Shown piece after piece: positions 41,597-51,646 of a stretch of 64,000 nt of DNA. Made by a program: the position numbers and the translations under genes. The notes below the pieces were generated by a model, which saw only the letters and a list, made by a program, of their open reading frames with translations, did no database searches and was not told the origin of the DNA. Position 1 is the stretch's first letter, and every line of letters begins with the position of its first letter. This DNA comes from a bacterium (lineage in GTDB: Bacteria > SM23-31). The stretch spans positions 2,432,001 through 2,496,000 of the forward strand of contig OZ252239.1 of NCBI GenBank assembly GCA_965249485.1, in the 5' to 3' direction.

Positions 41597-43486
41597 ATGG
41601 AACAAATAGAAAAAAAGGTTTTCGATTTTACAACCCTAATCATGGTGATTCTCGTAATTGGGATAACTCCACTGATTTTCCATTCCACAATGCCACAAGG
41701 GTATTCTGCCCCAAAAGAAATTTTTCTTCAGTTGATTATAATTACTGCTGCCCTTATTCAGTTATTACGAATTGCTTATACTAATTCAATTACACTTAAT
41801 CTAAACGCATTAGATATATTAATTTTTGCAAAGCTAATATTAATAATATCATTGGTTATTATATTGGACCGCTATTCAATTTCTTCAGCAAAATTAGATG
41901 TCTTAATCTCTGGAACATTATTCTATTGGTTAGTACAAACATGCTTTCCCAGTTATCGGTCTTTTAACAAATCAATAAAATATCTCAAGTATATATTATG
42001 GATAGTATTGATTGCATGTATAATTGAATCAATTATAGGATATCTACAATATTTCAATATAATTCCCTTTCAAGGAAATTATATATTTGAATCTGTAATA
42101 ATAGGAACATTTGGAAATGTTAATAGAGTTGGCGGATTTTTGGCCGCAAGCCTTCCATTACTTACCGGGCTATTTCTGCTAAGTGAGAAGAAACAACATA
42201 GATTAGGTATAGGTATTAGCATATTTATTGTTTTTTCACTCATTATTTTAACCGAAAGCCGGGGGGCATGGATAGGATTGATAACGGCAATAATTATTTA
42301 TGATACAGGCTATTTAAAAAAGATTTGGATATATTTCAAGAAAAGTAATTTCAAAATAATACTATCCAGTGTCAGTTTAGGGATATTTACCACATTTGTT
42401 TATTTGCTCTATTCAATGAATGTTGCTTCAAGTTTAGGGAGAATATTTATTTGGAAAGTTACATCGCATATGATAATTGATAACCCAGTATTTGGAATCG
42501 GACATGGTAACTATCCTGTCAAATATCTCGACTATCAGGCAAATTTCTTCACAAATATTTCAAACACAGTTTATTTTGATTTTGCTGCTAATTTAAAACA
42601 AGCCCATAATCAATATCTTGAAATTTTAGCTGAAACAGGTGTTGTGGGTTTGCTATTGTTTTTTGTATTGATTTATGTTGTTTATCGATTATGTTCAAAG
42701 TTGATAAATAGAGCATGTAATGAGCCTCTATCACATATAGGAAGAATGTTGCGTGCATCTACAACGGTTATAATAGTACATTCATTCTTTGATAGCCCTT
42801 TATTTACTTTACCAATACTCTTACTATTTTACTTTAACATTTCAATTCTGGCAACATTCTTAAAGAATAATAATGTACACCAAAGTCTCTTTCACGTGTC
42901 ATTCTCAATTCTTAAGAAATCACACATGAAGCAACTATATAAATTAGCTTTTGTTGGATCTTGTCTGATTGGAGTTTTATTATTTTTCAATATAAATAAA
43001 AAAATTCAAGGATACAGTCTTTGGAATGATGGGAAGCATATGGATTATGTTGGTTCTGATCAATGGGAAAAGAGCATTAAATGTTTTACAAAAGCGATTC
43101 AATGTATTCCAAACAATGGAGAACTATATCACAACTTAGGTATAGCGTATGTTATGGATCAACAATTTGAAAAAGCACTTTCAGCATTTGAAACCGCACG
43201 TATAAATTTTAATGATAGAGATATATATTTGTTCAACGGAATTGCTTATCAGGAATTAGAAAATTACACTCAAGCAGAATATTATTATCTAAAAGCTATT
43301 AATATGTTTCCAAATCAATTACGTCCACGATTAATGCTTGGTATAATGTTTAAGGAAACTAACCAGTTACAAAAGGCACAAATCTTTCTGGAAGGAATAA
43401 TCAATATCAAACCTAAAATTCAAAATCGTGAAACGGAAATTATAAAAAATGCAGCAGCAAAGTTATTGGAAAGTCTGATAACCTAA
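41597..43486 (+). CDS. O-antigen ligase-like (Wzy_C) membrane protein with C-terminal TPRs
   Basis: TESRGAW, GRIFIW, GIGHGNY and AHNQYLEILAETG motifs; TPR tail. Confidence 0.85.
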   Translation: MEQIEKKVFDFTTLIMVILVIGITPLIFHSTMPQGYSAPKEIFLQLIIITAALIQLLRIAYTNSITLNLNALDILIFAKLILIISLVIILDRYSISSAKLDVLISGTLFYWLVQTCFPSYRSFNKSIKYLKYILWIVLIACIIESIIGYLQYFNIIPFQGNYIFESVIIGTFGNVNRVGGFLAASLPLLTGLFLLSEKKQHRLGIGISIFIVFSLIILTESRGAWIGLITAIIIYDTGYLKKIWIYFKKSNFKIILSSVSLGIFTTFVYLLYSMNVASSLGRIFIWKVTSHMIIDNPVFGIGHGNYPVKYLDYQANFFTNISNTVYFDFAANLKQAHNQYLEILAETGVVGLLLFFVLIYVVYRLCSKLINRACNEPLSHIGRMLRASTTVIIVHSFFDSPLFTLPILLLFYFNISILATFLKNNNVHQSLFHVSFSILKKSHMKQLYKLAFVGSCLIGVLLFFNINKKIQGYSLWNDGKHMDYVGSDQWEKSIKCFTKAIQCIPNNGELYHNLGIAYVMDQQFEKALSAFETARINFNDRDIYLFNGIAYQELENYTQAEYYYLKAINMFPNQLRPRLMLGIMFKETNQLQKAQIFLEGIINIKPKIQNRETEIIKNAAAKLLESLIT

Positions 43487-43579
43487 ATCGTTTTTCATGA
43501 ATAATTTATATAGAGATTATATGTATTTCATATGTTTCAGTTTTTCTTCAAATCAATCCTAAAAAAAGGGGATAAAAAA

Positions 43580-46327
43580 ATGAAAAACTCTATTTGTTTT
43601 ATATCACTATTTTTCTCAATCTTTTTTGTGATTTCTTGTCAACAGAAATTGGATGTTTTACCTGTTATTACTATAAATCATTTAAATTCTCAAAATGAAA
43701 TTCCTATCAATAATTGGCAAATAGTCGGTCCATTTTCGACCAGAGATACAGACTTAAATAAGGGTGTATCAGGATACAATCGCGATGATTTAATTAATTT
43801 TGAAACCAATGAGGCGAGTATAACTCCTGATATATTTGCAGGTATTCAAAAGCAGAATGCTATAAACAAACATAATATTCCAAGTATTTTTGTAAATGAA
43901 ATAATACACATTACAGGTGAGAGTCATCGAGAAAAATTCATTTTTTCTGAAGATGCTACTGGAAATTTATATGCGGCTTGTATAATTGAAAGCCCTATGG
44001 AGCTAGATGTTGCGTTTTTAACGAAAGTTGGTAAAACATTGTTTGAAAGTAAAATTAAAATATGGCTCAACAATGAATTATTATCAACCCAAGATGCTAC
44101 AAGCTATATGATGAAAATACTTGATTATACTCCTGCACACCTCAGAAAGGGAAAAAATTTTCTTCTCGTAAAGGTTGACAATAGAGGTGGGGGGTGGGAT
44201 TTCAGCTTTAACATTAGTTCTGTAAAATATGCTAGAGATAGATATAGAGAGCATGGTGGCTCAAACTTCCTTGACAAGAGTATTATCAAGATTGGAGAAA
44301 AAATAGGTATTAATTTAGGATTATTCAAAACAGAAAAATCTGTAACGATTCAGATATTGGATGCAGAACAAAATATCATAAGAGATGAAAAAGTCGAATT
44401 TAATGATCACTGGAGTATTTCTATCGATCAACTTTCCATTGGTTTTTATTATTGTCGCGTTCTTTTTCTTTCAGAATCATTTCAACAACAATTTTATTAT
44501 GGTAATGATATAGGTAAGAAGTTTTCAGATTACGAAAAACGTATTCGATTTTTAAACATTATTGATGATCAAACACAAATAAATATGGATGCATTGATAT
44601 ATCGATATGATCACCTTTTGAATGCTGAGATTTTCGGTACATGGAATGCTCATAGAGAAAGAAGAGCGCAAAAAAGTTTAGTGTATACTGCAATGGAAAT
44701 CGAAACCATTCTCAAGAATCTCGAGGATAGTAAAGAAGGCTTTAAAAATTATCCGGGGAGGCATCTCAGGGGGTTTCGTTCAAAAATTGATAATCAAATT
44801 CAACATTATTTAGTTTATGCACCGAATAAAATTGTGAATACTACGGAGCCAATGCCTCTTTTGATTCGAACTCCTGCACATGCGGATATAGTTCGACCAT
44901 TTTTAGAAAGTGTACAAGTTGCAAATGTTACGGAGATTGAGAGATTCGAAAAAGAAGCAGAAAGAAACGGATTTATAATATTAGTCCCGAGTGCAAGAGA
45001 ATATGCAGAGTTGAATATTAATCCTATTTCAATGACTGACATTTTTGAAGCAATAGATGCTGTAAAAAAAGATTATACAATAGATGATGATAAAATATAT
45101 ATTTTTGGTGAATGCTCAGCCAGCAGAAAGACGTTATTATTGGCTGAGCGATATCCTTCTCGATTTGCGGCAATTAGTTTTTATCAATTTCTAGTAGATC
45201 TTCCACATTATTTTCGCGCTCCTAACACCTGGAAGGAAGCTAATAAACCAATCAATTTTATAGAAAATCTGTCCAATATGCCAATCAAAATAATTCAAGA
45301 TCGGAGCCCTAATGCACCTGTTGAACAATTACTTAAGTTTAATGAAGAAGCTGAACGTAAAGGAATTACCGCTGACTTTACAATATTGGATGGCTCTCCT
45401 CAAGATCTTTATGCAGCCGATTCATTATCTCAAGTTTTAGCATTTTTTAAAGATAAAGTCAAAATAAAAAGCCCCCAAACTGTACAGTTTTCAACGTCTC
45501 AACTGAAATATGACTCTGCATATTGGATTAAAATTAATCGCATTATTCCATTGACAAAAGCAACAATAAAAGCGTCTATTTCTCCCGATAATGTTGTAAC
45601 AGTAGAAGCAGAAAATATTTATCAGTACGAAATATTATTAGAGAATTTAAATTATGACAAAACTAAAAACATTTCTGTATTAACCAACAGTGAGCAAAAT
45701 TTTAATGGACTACCGACTACAAATTCAATAATTATCAATGTATCAAATGAAGATAATAATCCAGCAAATATATATGTTAAAAATAATGTAATTGAAGGAC
45801 CTATATTGGACGCATTTTCGGATAATTTTATTATTGTAGAAGGAACATTAGGAACCGAAAATAATAGAAAAAATTCAAAAAATCTAATAAATGAATTTAA
45901 GAAAACGTGGCAAGATAATTACTATAGTACTCCTAAATTTAAATTAGACCGACAAGTTAAGAATTTTGACATTGAAAATAGTCATTTAATCTTATTTGGT
46001 AACCAAAATACAAATATCATTATTAAAAAGATCATTGATAAAATTCCATTAAAAATTGAGACTAATCGTATTGTCTTGGGGAGCAGGAAATATAAAGGAA
46101 GTAATCTAGGAGTCCACCTAATTTATCCTAATCCATTGAATCCAGAAAAATACGTTTTAATTTTAGGAACAAATAATATGGACAATTTTCAAATAAGAGA
46201 AAAAAACTTAGCTTTAAACGGTTGGAGTGATTACGAAATTTGGAAATATTATGAATCAAATTTATCTGGAATTATTGATGCAGGGTATTTTGATTCTCAT
46301 TGGCAATTACCAGAGAAGACATTTTAA
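43580..46327 (+). CDS. Large lipoprotein with central alpha/beta-hydrolase (S9-like) domain
   Basis: ATG 43580 with lipobox VISC (ORF track start 43532); DIFEAIDAVKKDY.ID.DKIYIFGECS, YPSRFAA and NLSNMP motifs. Confidence 0.7.
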   Translation: MKNSICFISLFFSIFFVISCQQKLDVLPVITINHLNSQNEIPINNWQIVGPFSTRDTDLNKGVSGYNRDDLINFETNEASITPDIFAGIQKQNAINKHNIPSIFVNEIIHITGESHREKFIFSEDATGNLYAACIIESPMELDVAFLTKVGKTLFESKIKIWLNNELLSTQDATSYMMKILDYTPAHLRKGKNFLLVKVDNRGGGWDFSFNISSVKYARDRYREHGGSNFLDKSIIKIGEKIGINLGLFKTEKSVTIQILDAEQNIIRDEKVEFNDHWSISIDQLSIGFYYCRVLFLSESFQQQFYYGNDIGKKFSDYEKRIRFLNIIDDQTQINMDALIYRYDHLLNAEIFGTWNAHRERRAQKSLVYTAMEIETILKNLEDSKEGFKNYPGRHLRGFRSKIDNQIQHYLVYAPNKIVNTTEPMPLLIRTPAHADIVRPFLESVQVANVTEIERFEKEAERNGFIILVPSAREYAELNINPISMTDIFEAIDAVKKDYTIDDDKIYIFGECSASRKTLLLAERYPSRFAAISFYQFLVDLPHYFRAPNTWKEANKPINFIENLSNMPIKIIQDRSPNAPVEQLLKFNEEAERKGITADFTILDGSPQDLYAADSLSQVLAFFKDKVKIKSPQTVQFSTSQLKYDSAYWIKINRIIPLTKATIKASISPDNVVTVEAENIYQYEILLENLNYDKTKNISVLTNSEQNFNGLPTTNSIIINVSNEDNNPANIYVKNNVIEGPILDAFSDNFIIVEGTLGTENNRKNSKNLINEFKKTWQDNYYSTPKFKLDRQVKNFDIENSHLILFGNQNTNIIIKKIIDKIPLKIETNRIVLGSRKYKGSNLGVHLIYPNPLNPEKYVLILGTNNMDNFQIREKNLALNGWSDYEIWKYYESNLSGIIDAGYFDSHWQLPEKTF

Positions 46328-46435
46328 TTACCGAGATAAAGAAAAGAGAGATTTCTAACATAAATTTTATTCCAGAATCTATAATATTGCATATAGATTA
46401 TATTGTTCAAAAAGGCACAATAATTTAAAAATATA

Positions 46436-46490
46436 TATGGGACATGACAAGCTAACTTTAAGCGATTATCTTATGTCTCTATGTCCCATA
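46436..46490. terminator. Possible hairpin closing the RiPP operon
   Basis: TATGGGACAT...ATGTCCCATA perfect 10-bp inverted repeat with inner GACA/TGTC. Confidence 0.45.
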
Positions 46491-46778
46491 ATAAGTTATT
46501 GAAATATTATCCGAAATCAGAGTATTAACGAATTATTACAAAATATTATTACTATTTAATACTTTTACTTTATCTAGATCCAATTATTATTTATTAGGCG
46601 GCTTGCTACAGAATGTTCAATTAACTTGGATTGGAAACAAACCAATACGAACGTAGAATATACTAATCACAATAAATTTTAGTTTTAATTTCTCACTATT
46701 AACTAATATTAGATTTAAATTAATACAAATTCACACAAATTAAATAAAGCTAACGAAATAAGATAATGTCAGCCTTTT

Positions 46779-46882
46779 GCTCCTTGGGTAGGACGCGAAC
46801 CTATCCTTTAACTCTTTAAATATTAAATAAATACAACAACTTATACACTTTCCAATTCATCATTTGTGCCCAATTTGTGCCT
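46779..46882 (-). repeat. att-like site with tRNA-Asn-like 3' end and TTTGTGCC arm repeats
   Basis: Reverse complement reads TAGGTTCGCGTCCTACCCAAGGAGC; homologous to 27800-27895. Confidence 0.65.
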
Positions 46883-46944
46883 GAAATATTGTCCTACTGA
46901 GTTTAATCATTTTAAATTTTTAAACATTATTGTTTATTCATTAA

Positions 46945-47160
46945 CACACACGACACTGAACCGCAAAAACTGTTCATCCATAACTTCAATATAAACAACG
47001 TAACTTCTTTATGTAATATAAATTAAAACACTCCATTAGTTTCCACAATTGTCCACTATTTATCACTGTTTTCCAGTAAAATCGGAACATTTTAGGAACA
47101 CTTTCTATAAAATAGATTAAATATGCCTAAATGTATCCAAGTAGGATGCAAACCTATCCT
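46945..47160. repeat. Degenerate third copy of the tRNA-Leu att junction
   Basis: Collinear similarity to 27606-27820 (CTGAACCG, TTCATC.ATAACTTCAAT, TCGGAACA pair, ATGCCTAAAT.TATCC). Confidence 0.85.
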
Positions 47161-47269
47161 GTCATTCCGCTAATACCTTAAAATAAAAATAATAAATCAA
47201 TTAATAATATAAGTTTAAAAGACATAATTATTTTGCATATTATATCCACATAAATTTTCAATAGTGGTG

Positions 47270-47746
47270 TCAGTTTATTTGTACAAGTGTAATTGTAATT
47301 GGTTCCAAAACATCTAGCTGTTTACTCCATTTCAATAATGGTGAAAAGGACTTATCATCATAGTTTTCAACTCCAATTACTGTTGCGGTCTTTCTTAATG
47401 CAGTTGCAACATCATCTCCCAGTAAAATAAATTGTTTGAGCGTTTTTATCAATGGTAATTTTCATAGCGCTTCTTTAATAACCGATTTTTTCTGTTCTTG
47501 ATCTCCTTTGTAAGGATATGGTAATTTGATGGCATAGATTTCATCAGTAATTATTTCAATTATACCAATTAACTCACAATTCTTTAATAATTTTCCAGAT
47601 GTACGAGGATCTATTCCAGCAAATTGAGAAATCAATTTATTAGTAGGTAAATCTAACCAAGAAATTGCATCTAATACAGGAAAGATTGAGTCAAGATTTA
47701 CCCGTTGAAAAATAATTGAACATTTATTCTCTTGTTTTTTTGCCAT
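47270..47746 (-). pseudogene. Truncated hypothetical gene with an in-frame TGA at 47462-47464
   Basis: The two track ORFs share a frame: KEAL*KLPLIKTL. Confidence 0.6.
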
Positions 47747-48139
47747 AATTATACTTTAGTTGGCTAATTAGTCATTAAATTGATTTACGGACTGATATGG
47801 TGTTTACTAAAATGTGCAATAACTCGAATATTATGATACCGATATTACGGAAGTCTAATCATAATATTGAGTGATGGTCCGCATTTCATCTTTAGTTATC
47901 ACCAAATTCAATAATTAAGATAACTCGCTACCCTCAATGTAGCAATAAGAATATATCGAAAGAACAATTAATCTTACATTATATTAAAAACAATATATCG
48001 TTTAGGCAGATAAAAATAGCTCTTTTAACCCACATTATTATGTCAAATTTGTCCATTTTTTGCCACTATTTTCAACTACTTTCTAAATTTTTCGGAACAT
48101 TTTCGGAACACTTGGGAAAATCATATGATTGTTTTGACG

Positions 48140-48162
48140 AAAAAGCCCCGAGAAATCGGGGC
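48140..48162 (-). terminator. tRNA-Leu terminator
   Basis: AAAAAGCCCCGA-GAAA-TCGGGGC. Confidence 0.8.
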
Positions 48163-48186
48163 GTAAGTTATTGTTATTAATATATG

Positions 48187-48270
48187 TGCCGAAGGGGGGA
48201 CTCGAACCCCCACACCCTTGCGAGTACACGGCCCTGAACCGTGCGCGTCTACCAATTTCACCACTTCGGC
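48187..48270 (-). tRNA. tRNA-Leu(CAG), CCA not encoded
   Basis: GCCGAAG/CTTCGGC acceptor stem, CACGG-TTCAGGG-CCGTG anticodon arm, long variable arm, GGTTCGAGTCC. Confidence 0.97.
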
Positions 48271-48293
48271 ATAGGTGGTATTTGAAAGAGTAA

Positions 48294-48322
48294 AATCTAC
48301 TAAATATTCATCACAAAGTCAA
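48294..48322 (-). promoter_or_regulatory. tRNA-Leu promoter
   Basis: TTGACT-17-TAGATT on the minus strand. Confidence 0.55.
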
Positions 48323-48392
48323 GAGCCTGCCAGACAATAAATCCCGCTTTGGCTTGATTATTACTGTTTTTTATAGTATCTTTTCGCGTTAA

Positions 48393-48869
48393 TTGCCGGA
48401 GCATGTGGAAATGTCTGATGATGACGTTCGTATTATAGCTAAGAACAGAAAAGCGTGGTTTGAATACCATATACTTTCAAAAATCGAAACCGGTATTGTT
48501 TTGATCGGTTCTGAGGTGAAATCTATCCGAGATGGAGGGATCAACCTCAAAGACAGTTATGCAACCTTGCGTAATGGCGAGGTGATTCTTGTCGGGGTTC
48601 ACATAAGCCACTATCCGCCTGCCAGTAAATATAATCATGAACCTGAACGTGACCGGAAACTCCTCTTAAATCGGAAAGAGATAAATAAACTGGAATGGAA
48701 GGTGAAAGAGAAAGGGATTTCGCTTATTCCGCTGAGTGTTTACACAAAAAACGGAAAGATCAAGATCGAGCTCGCAACAGCAAAAGGGAAGAAATTATAC
48801 GACAAGCGTGAAGCCATAGCGAAAAAAGACATGGACCGTGAGCAAGAGCGTGAATTGAAATACAAATAG
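48393..48869 (+). CDS. smpB: SsrA-binding protein
   Basis: NRKA..EY, GIVL.GSEVKSIR, RKLLL and KGKKLYDKR motifs; likely start ATG 48411. Confidence 0.97.
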   Translation: MPEHVEMSDDDVRIIAKNRKAWFEYHILSKIETGIVLIGSEVKSIRDGGINLKDSYATLRNGEVILVGVHISHYPPASKYNHEPERDRKLLLNRKEINKLEWKVKEKGISLIPLSVYTKNGKIKIELATAKGKKLYDKREAIAKKDMDREQERELKYK

Positions 48870-48905
48870 CGAGCAATGTTTTATTTGAAATAGAATGAGC
48901 AGTGT

Positions 48906-50120
48906 ATGTTTCCTGATATAAATGAACAAATGGATGTTATCAAACGGGGTGTCGAGGAGATTATTCCGAAAGATGAACTTGTTAAGAAATTAGAAAAAAG
49001 TAAAAAAACGAAAAAACCTCTTATTGTAAAAGAAGGTTTTGATCCTACTGCGCCCGATCTACATATCGGCCATATGGTCTCAATCAGGAAATTAAAGGAT
49101 TTTCAGGATCTTGGTCACACGGTTGTGTTCCTGATCGGTGATTTTACAGGAATGGTCGGCGATCCATCAGGCAGAAACGAAATGCGGAAAATGCTGACCC
49201 GGGAAGAAGTAGCGCAAAACGCCGAGACATACAAAGAACAAATATTTAAAGTTCTCGATCCGGTAAAAACAGAGATTCGTTTCAATAGTGAGTGGTTGGG
49301 GAAATTGACCATCTACGATTTTCTTGAGTTAACATCAAAACAGACTGTCGCAAGGATGCTTGAGCGTGATGACTTCAAGGAACGCTTTAAGAATGAAGTT
49401 GATATCAGTATGCTCGAATTTTGCTATCCGCTGCTCCAGGGGTATGACTCGGTAGCTCTGAAAGCGGACGTTGAATTAGGGGGGACGGATCAGAAATTCA
49501 ATCTCCTTATGGCTCGTCTTATTCAAAAGCGATTTGATCTGGAAAGCCAGGTGATTGTCACACTACCGCTTCTTGAGGGGATTCGGGGTGTTGAAAAGAT
49601 GAGCAAAAGCCTCAACAATTATATTGGTATACATGAAGAGGCAAATGAAATTTTTGGTAAAGTAATGTCGATTCCGGATACGTTGATCAGCCGTTATTTT
49701 CTCCTTGCCACTCGAATATCCCGGAAAGAGCTCATTGCAATCGAAAAACAGCTCAATGATCCCACAGTCAATCCGTCAGCATTAAAACGCCAATTGGCCC
49801 GCCAAATTGTTGCTGAGTATTATTCGGATGATGAAGCTGTCAATGCTGAGCAGGAATTCGATAAAGTATTCAAACAAAAGGAAGATCCGACCGATATAGA
49901 AGAGGTAACATTAACGTTATCGCAGCCGGTCTGGATCATCAAATTGCTTTCTCATGCCGGATTAGTTTCAACAAATGCTGAAGGTAGAAGAATGATAAAT
50001 CAGGGTGCGGTTTCGATCAATGGAGAGCGGTGTTCGGATGAAAACAGTGAATTAACGGTTGAAGACGGGACAATTCTCAAAGTCGGAAAAAGACGTTTTA
50101 AAAAAATTAGAATCCCATAA
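48906..50120 (+). CDS. tyrS: Tyrosine--tRNA ligase
   Basis: [18 protein letters not shown] and KMSKS motifs, S4 tail VGKRRF. Confidence 0.97.
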   Translation: MFPDINEQMDVIKRGVEEIIPKDELVKKLEKSKKTKKPLIVKEGFDPTAPDLHIGHMVSIRKLKDFQDLGHTVVFLIGDFTGMVGDPSGRNEMRKMLTREEVAQNAETYKEQIFKVLDPVKTEIRFNSEWLGKLTIYDFLELTSKQTVARMLERDDFKERFKNEVDISMLEFCYPLLQGYDSVALKADVELGGTDQKFNLLMARLIQKRFDLESQVIVTLPLLEGIRGVEKMSKSLNNYIGIHEEANEIFGKVMSIPDTLISRYFLLATRISRKELIAIEKQLNDPTVNPSALKRQLARQIVAEYYSDDEAVNAEQEFDKVFKQKEDPTDIEEVTLTLSQPVWIIKLLSHAGLVSTNAEGRRMINQGAVSINGERCSDENSELTVEDGTILKVGKRRFKKIRIP

Positions 50121-50129
50121 CATAGATAT

Positions 50130-51614
50130 ATGCTGCTTAATGCTCCAAAATCAGTATCAAGAGATTGGGAATTAGTCCCGATACGCTCGGCACTCGGTCG
50201 AAAATTTGCCTACGATATATTTCCTTCTGAATTTCAAAAAATTACCGATGATTTGAGTCTTGTAATACTTTCTGATCCTGAATATTTAAAAGCAAAAGTG
50301 AGCGATCAGCGTGTAGCTCCAATGATTCGGCGCGGGGCAACTATCACGACAAAAATGCTCCAGACACTCACCTCTAGAAACTGTAGTGTCGTACCGGTAC
50401 TCATACCGGGAAAACCGCAGCAACTCAAAGCATTGACCCAATTTTCACGAAAACAGACGCTCATGCTAGCCGGACGAGTCTATTCCGTTGTTGATGACTG
50501 GCTTCGGAAAGTTAGGAAAGAGAGAGCAATCGGTGTTATCCAGACGGTTAAAAAATTCAGAACACTGCTTCTCCAGAGTTTGAATTACGCACTGAAAGAT
50601 TGGGAAGCGGTCATTGTTACCCTTATTAATGATATTCTTGTTGCGGATGAGAATCTAACCATATTGAGTATTTTTGATGAATTTATCGGAGATGCCGACA
50701 AAGTAAAACAACAAAAAGAGCACAGTATAGAAGTTGCTGTTCTTGCGTTAATGCTCGGCCGGAAATGCAATCTTCCCGTTGAAGATCTGAAAGATTTAGG
50801 GATGGCTGCGCTTATCCATGATTTAGGTATGATTGTATATGAGCAGAAACTAAAGGAACTTATGGGAATGGGCGGTCAAATGGTCGAACATACAGCCATT
50901 AAGGAAATATTTGATCAACATCCGTTATACGGAGCACTTTTACTCACCAAGAAGAATGGTGAACCGATTTCGGGAATATCAGAGAAATCCCGGGAAATAA
51001 TCTATGAACATGAGCGGGATAATAATGACACGGAACCTATGGTTGTCGATGAGGAGTTTGTCGAAGATTTTCATAAAATGGAAATTCCTGAAAGTGTGCT
51101 TTACGCAGATGACAATACTCTTTTCCCCGATTCTTCCCGTCCGAAAGAGATAGTTTATCCCGGCGATCCGGGGGTAAAACGATTTTTGTCTATACCTGCT
51201 CAGATATTACACATTGCTGAGTTTTATGTTACTTTCCTGTCGCATGCAAAAAATAAGGGAATTAAAAATCCCCATAAAAAAGCAATTCAAAAAATGCTGC
51301 AAATAGCAGGTGATAGTATTAACGGCCAAATATTCGAGATATTTTTTAACTATCTTGTTCCAATCAACTACTATCCGGATAATCTGATCGTCAAGCTTTA
51401 TTTCAGAGATACGGCAAAAAATAAAAAGTATGCTAAATACAACAATCATACCGGTGCAATTGTAACGGTCAAAGATTTAAGCAATCGAACACGTAAAATG
51501 ATCCATGTAGTTAAAACACCGGATGGTGAAGAAGTTTCGCCACAGCCTACATTTGACCTTGTCTATGACAAGCCTCATCTCTATTTGAGACTTAAAGATT
51601 GGAACGTAGAGTGA
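50130..51614 (+). CDS. HD-domain protein (degenerate HD-GYP-like)
   Basis: HSIEVA, LIHDLG, HPLYG and EHER motifs; no GYP motif. Confidence 0.65.
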   Translation: MLLNAPKSVSRDWELVPIRSALGRKFAYDIFPSEFQKITDDLSLVILSDPEYLKAKVSDQRVAPMIRRGATITTKMLQTLTSRNCSVVPVLIPGKPQQLKALTQFSRKQTLMLAGRVYSVVDDWLRKVRKERAIGVIQTVKKFRTLLLQSLNYALKDWEAVIVTLINDILVADENLTILSIFDEFIGDADKVKQQKEHSIEVAVLALMLGRKCNLPVEDLKDLGMAALIHDLGMIVYEQKLKELMGMGGQMVEHTAIKEIFDQHPLYGALLLTKKNGEPISGISEKSREIIYEHERDNNDTEPMVVDEEFVEDFHKMEIPESVLYADDNTLFPDSSRPKEIVYPGDPGVKRFLSIPAQILHIAEFYVTFLSHAKNKGIKNPHKKAIQKMLQIAGDSINGQIFEIFFNYLVPINYYPDNLIVKLYFRDTAKNKKYAKYNNHTGAIVTVKDLSNRTRKMIHVVKTPDGEEVSPQPTFDLVYDKPHLYLRLKDWNVE

Positions 51615-51646
51615 TACGTCCCGTTAAGGCACAGGGTATTATTTTA

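Larger units (their letters stand above)
27553..48241. mobile_element. Genomic island at tRNA-Leu(CAG), about 20.7 kb, no integrase inside
   Basis: Terminal 71-bp direct repeat, arm-type repeats, visibly AT-richer than the core genes to the right. Confidence 0.9.
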
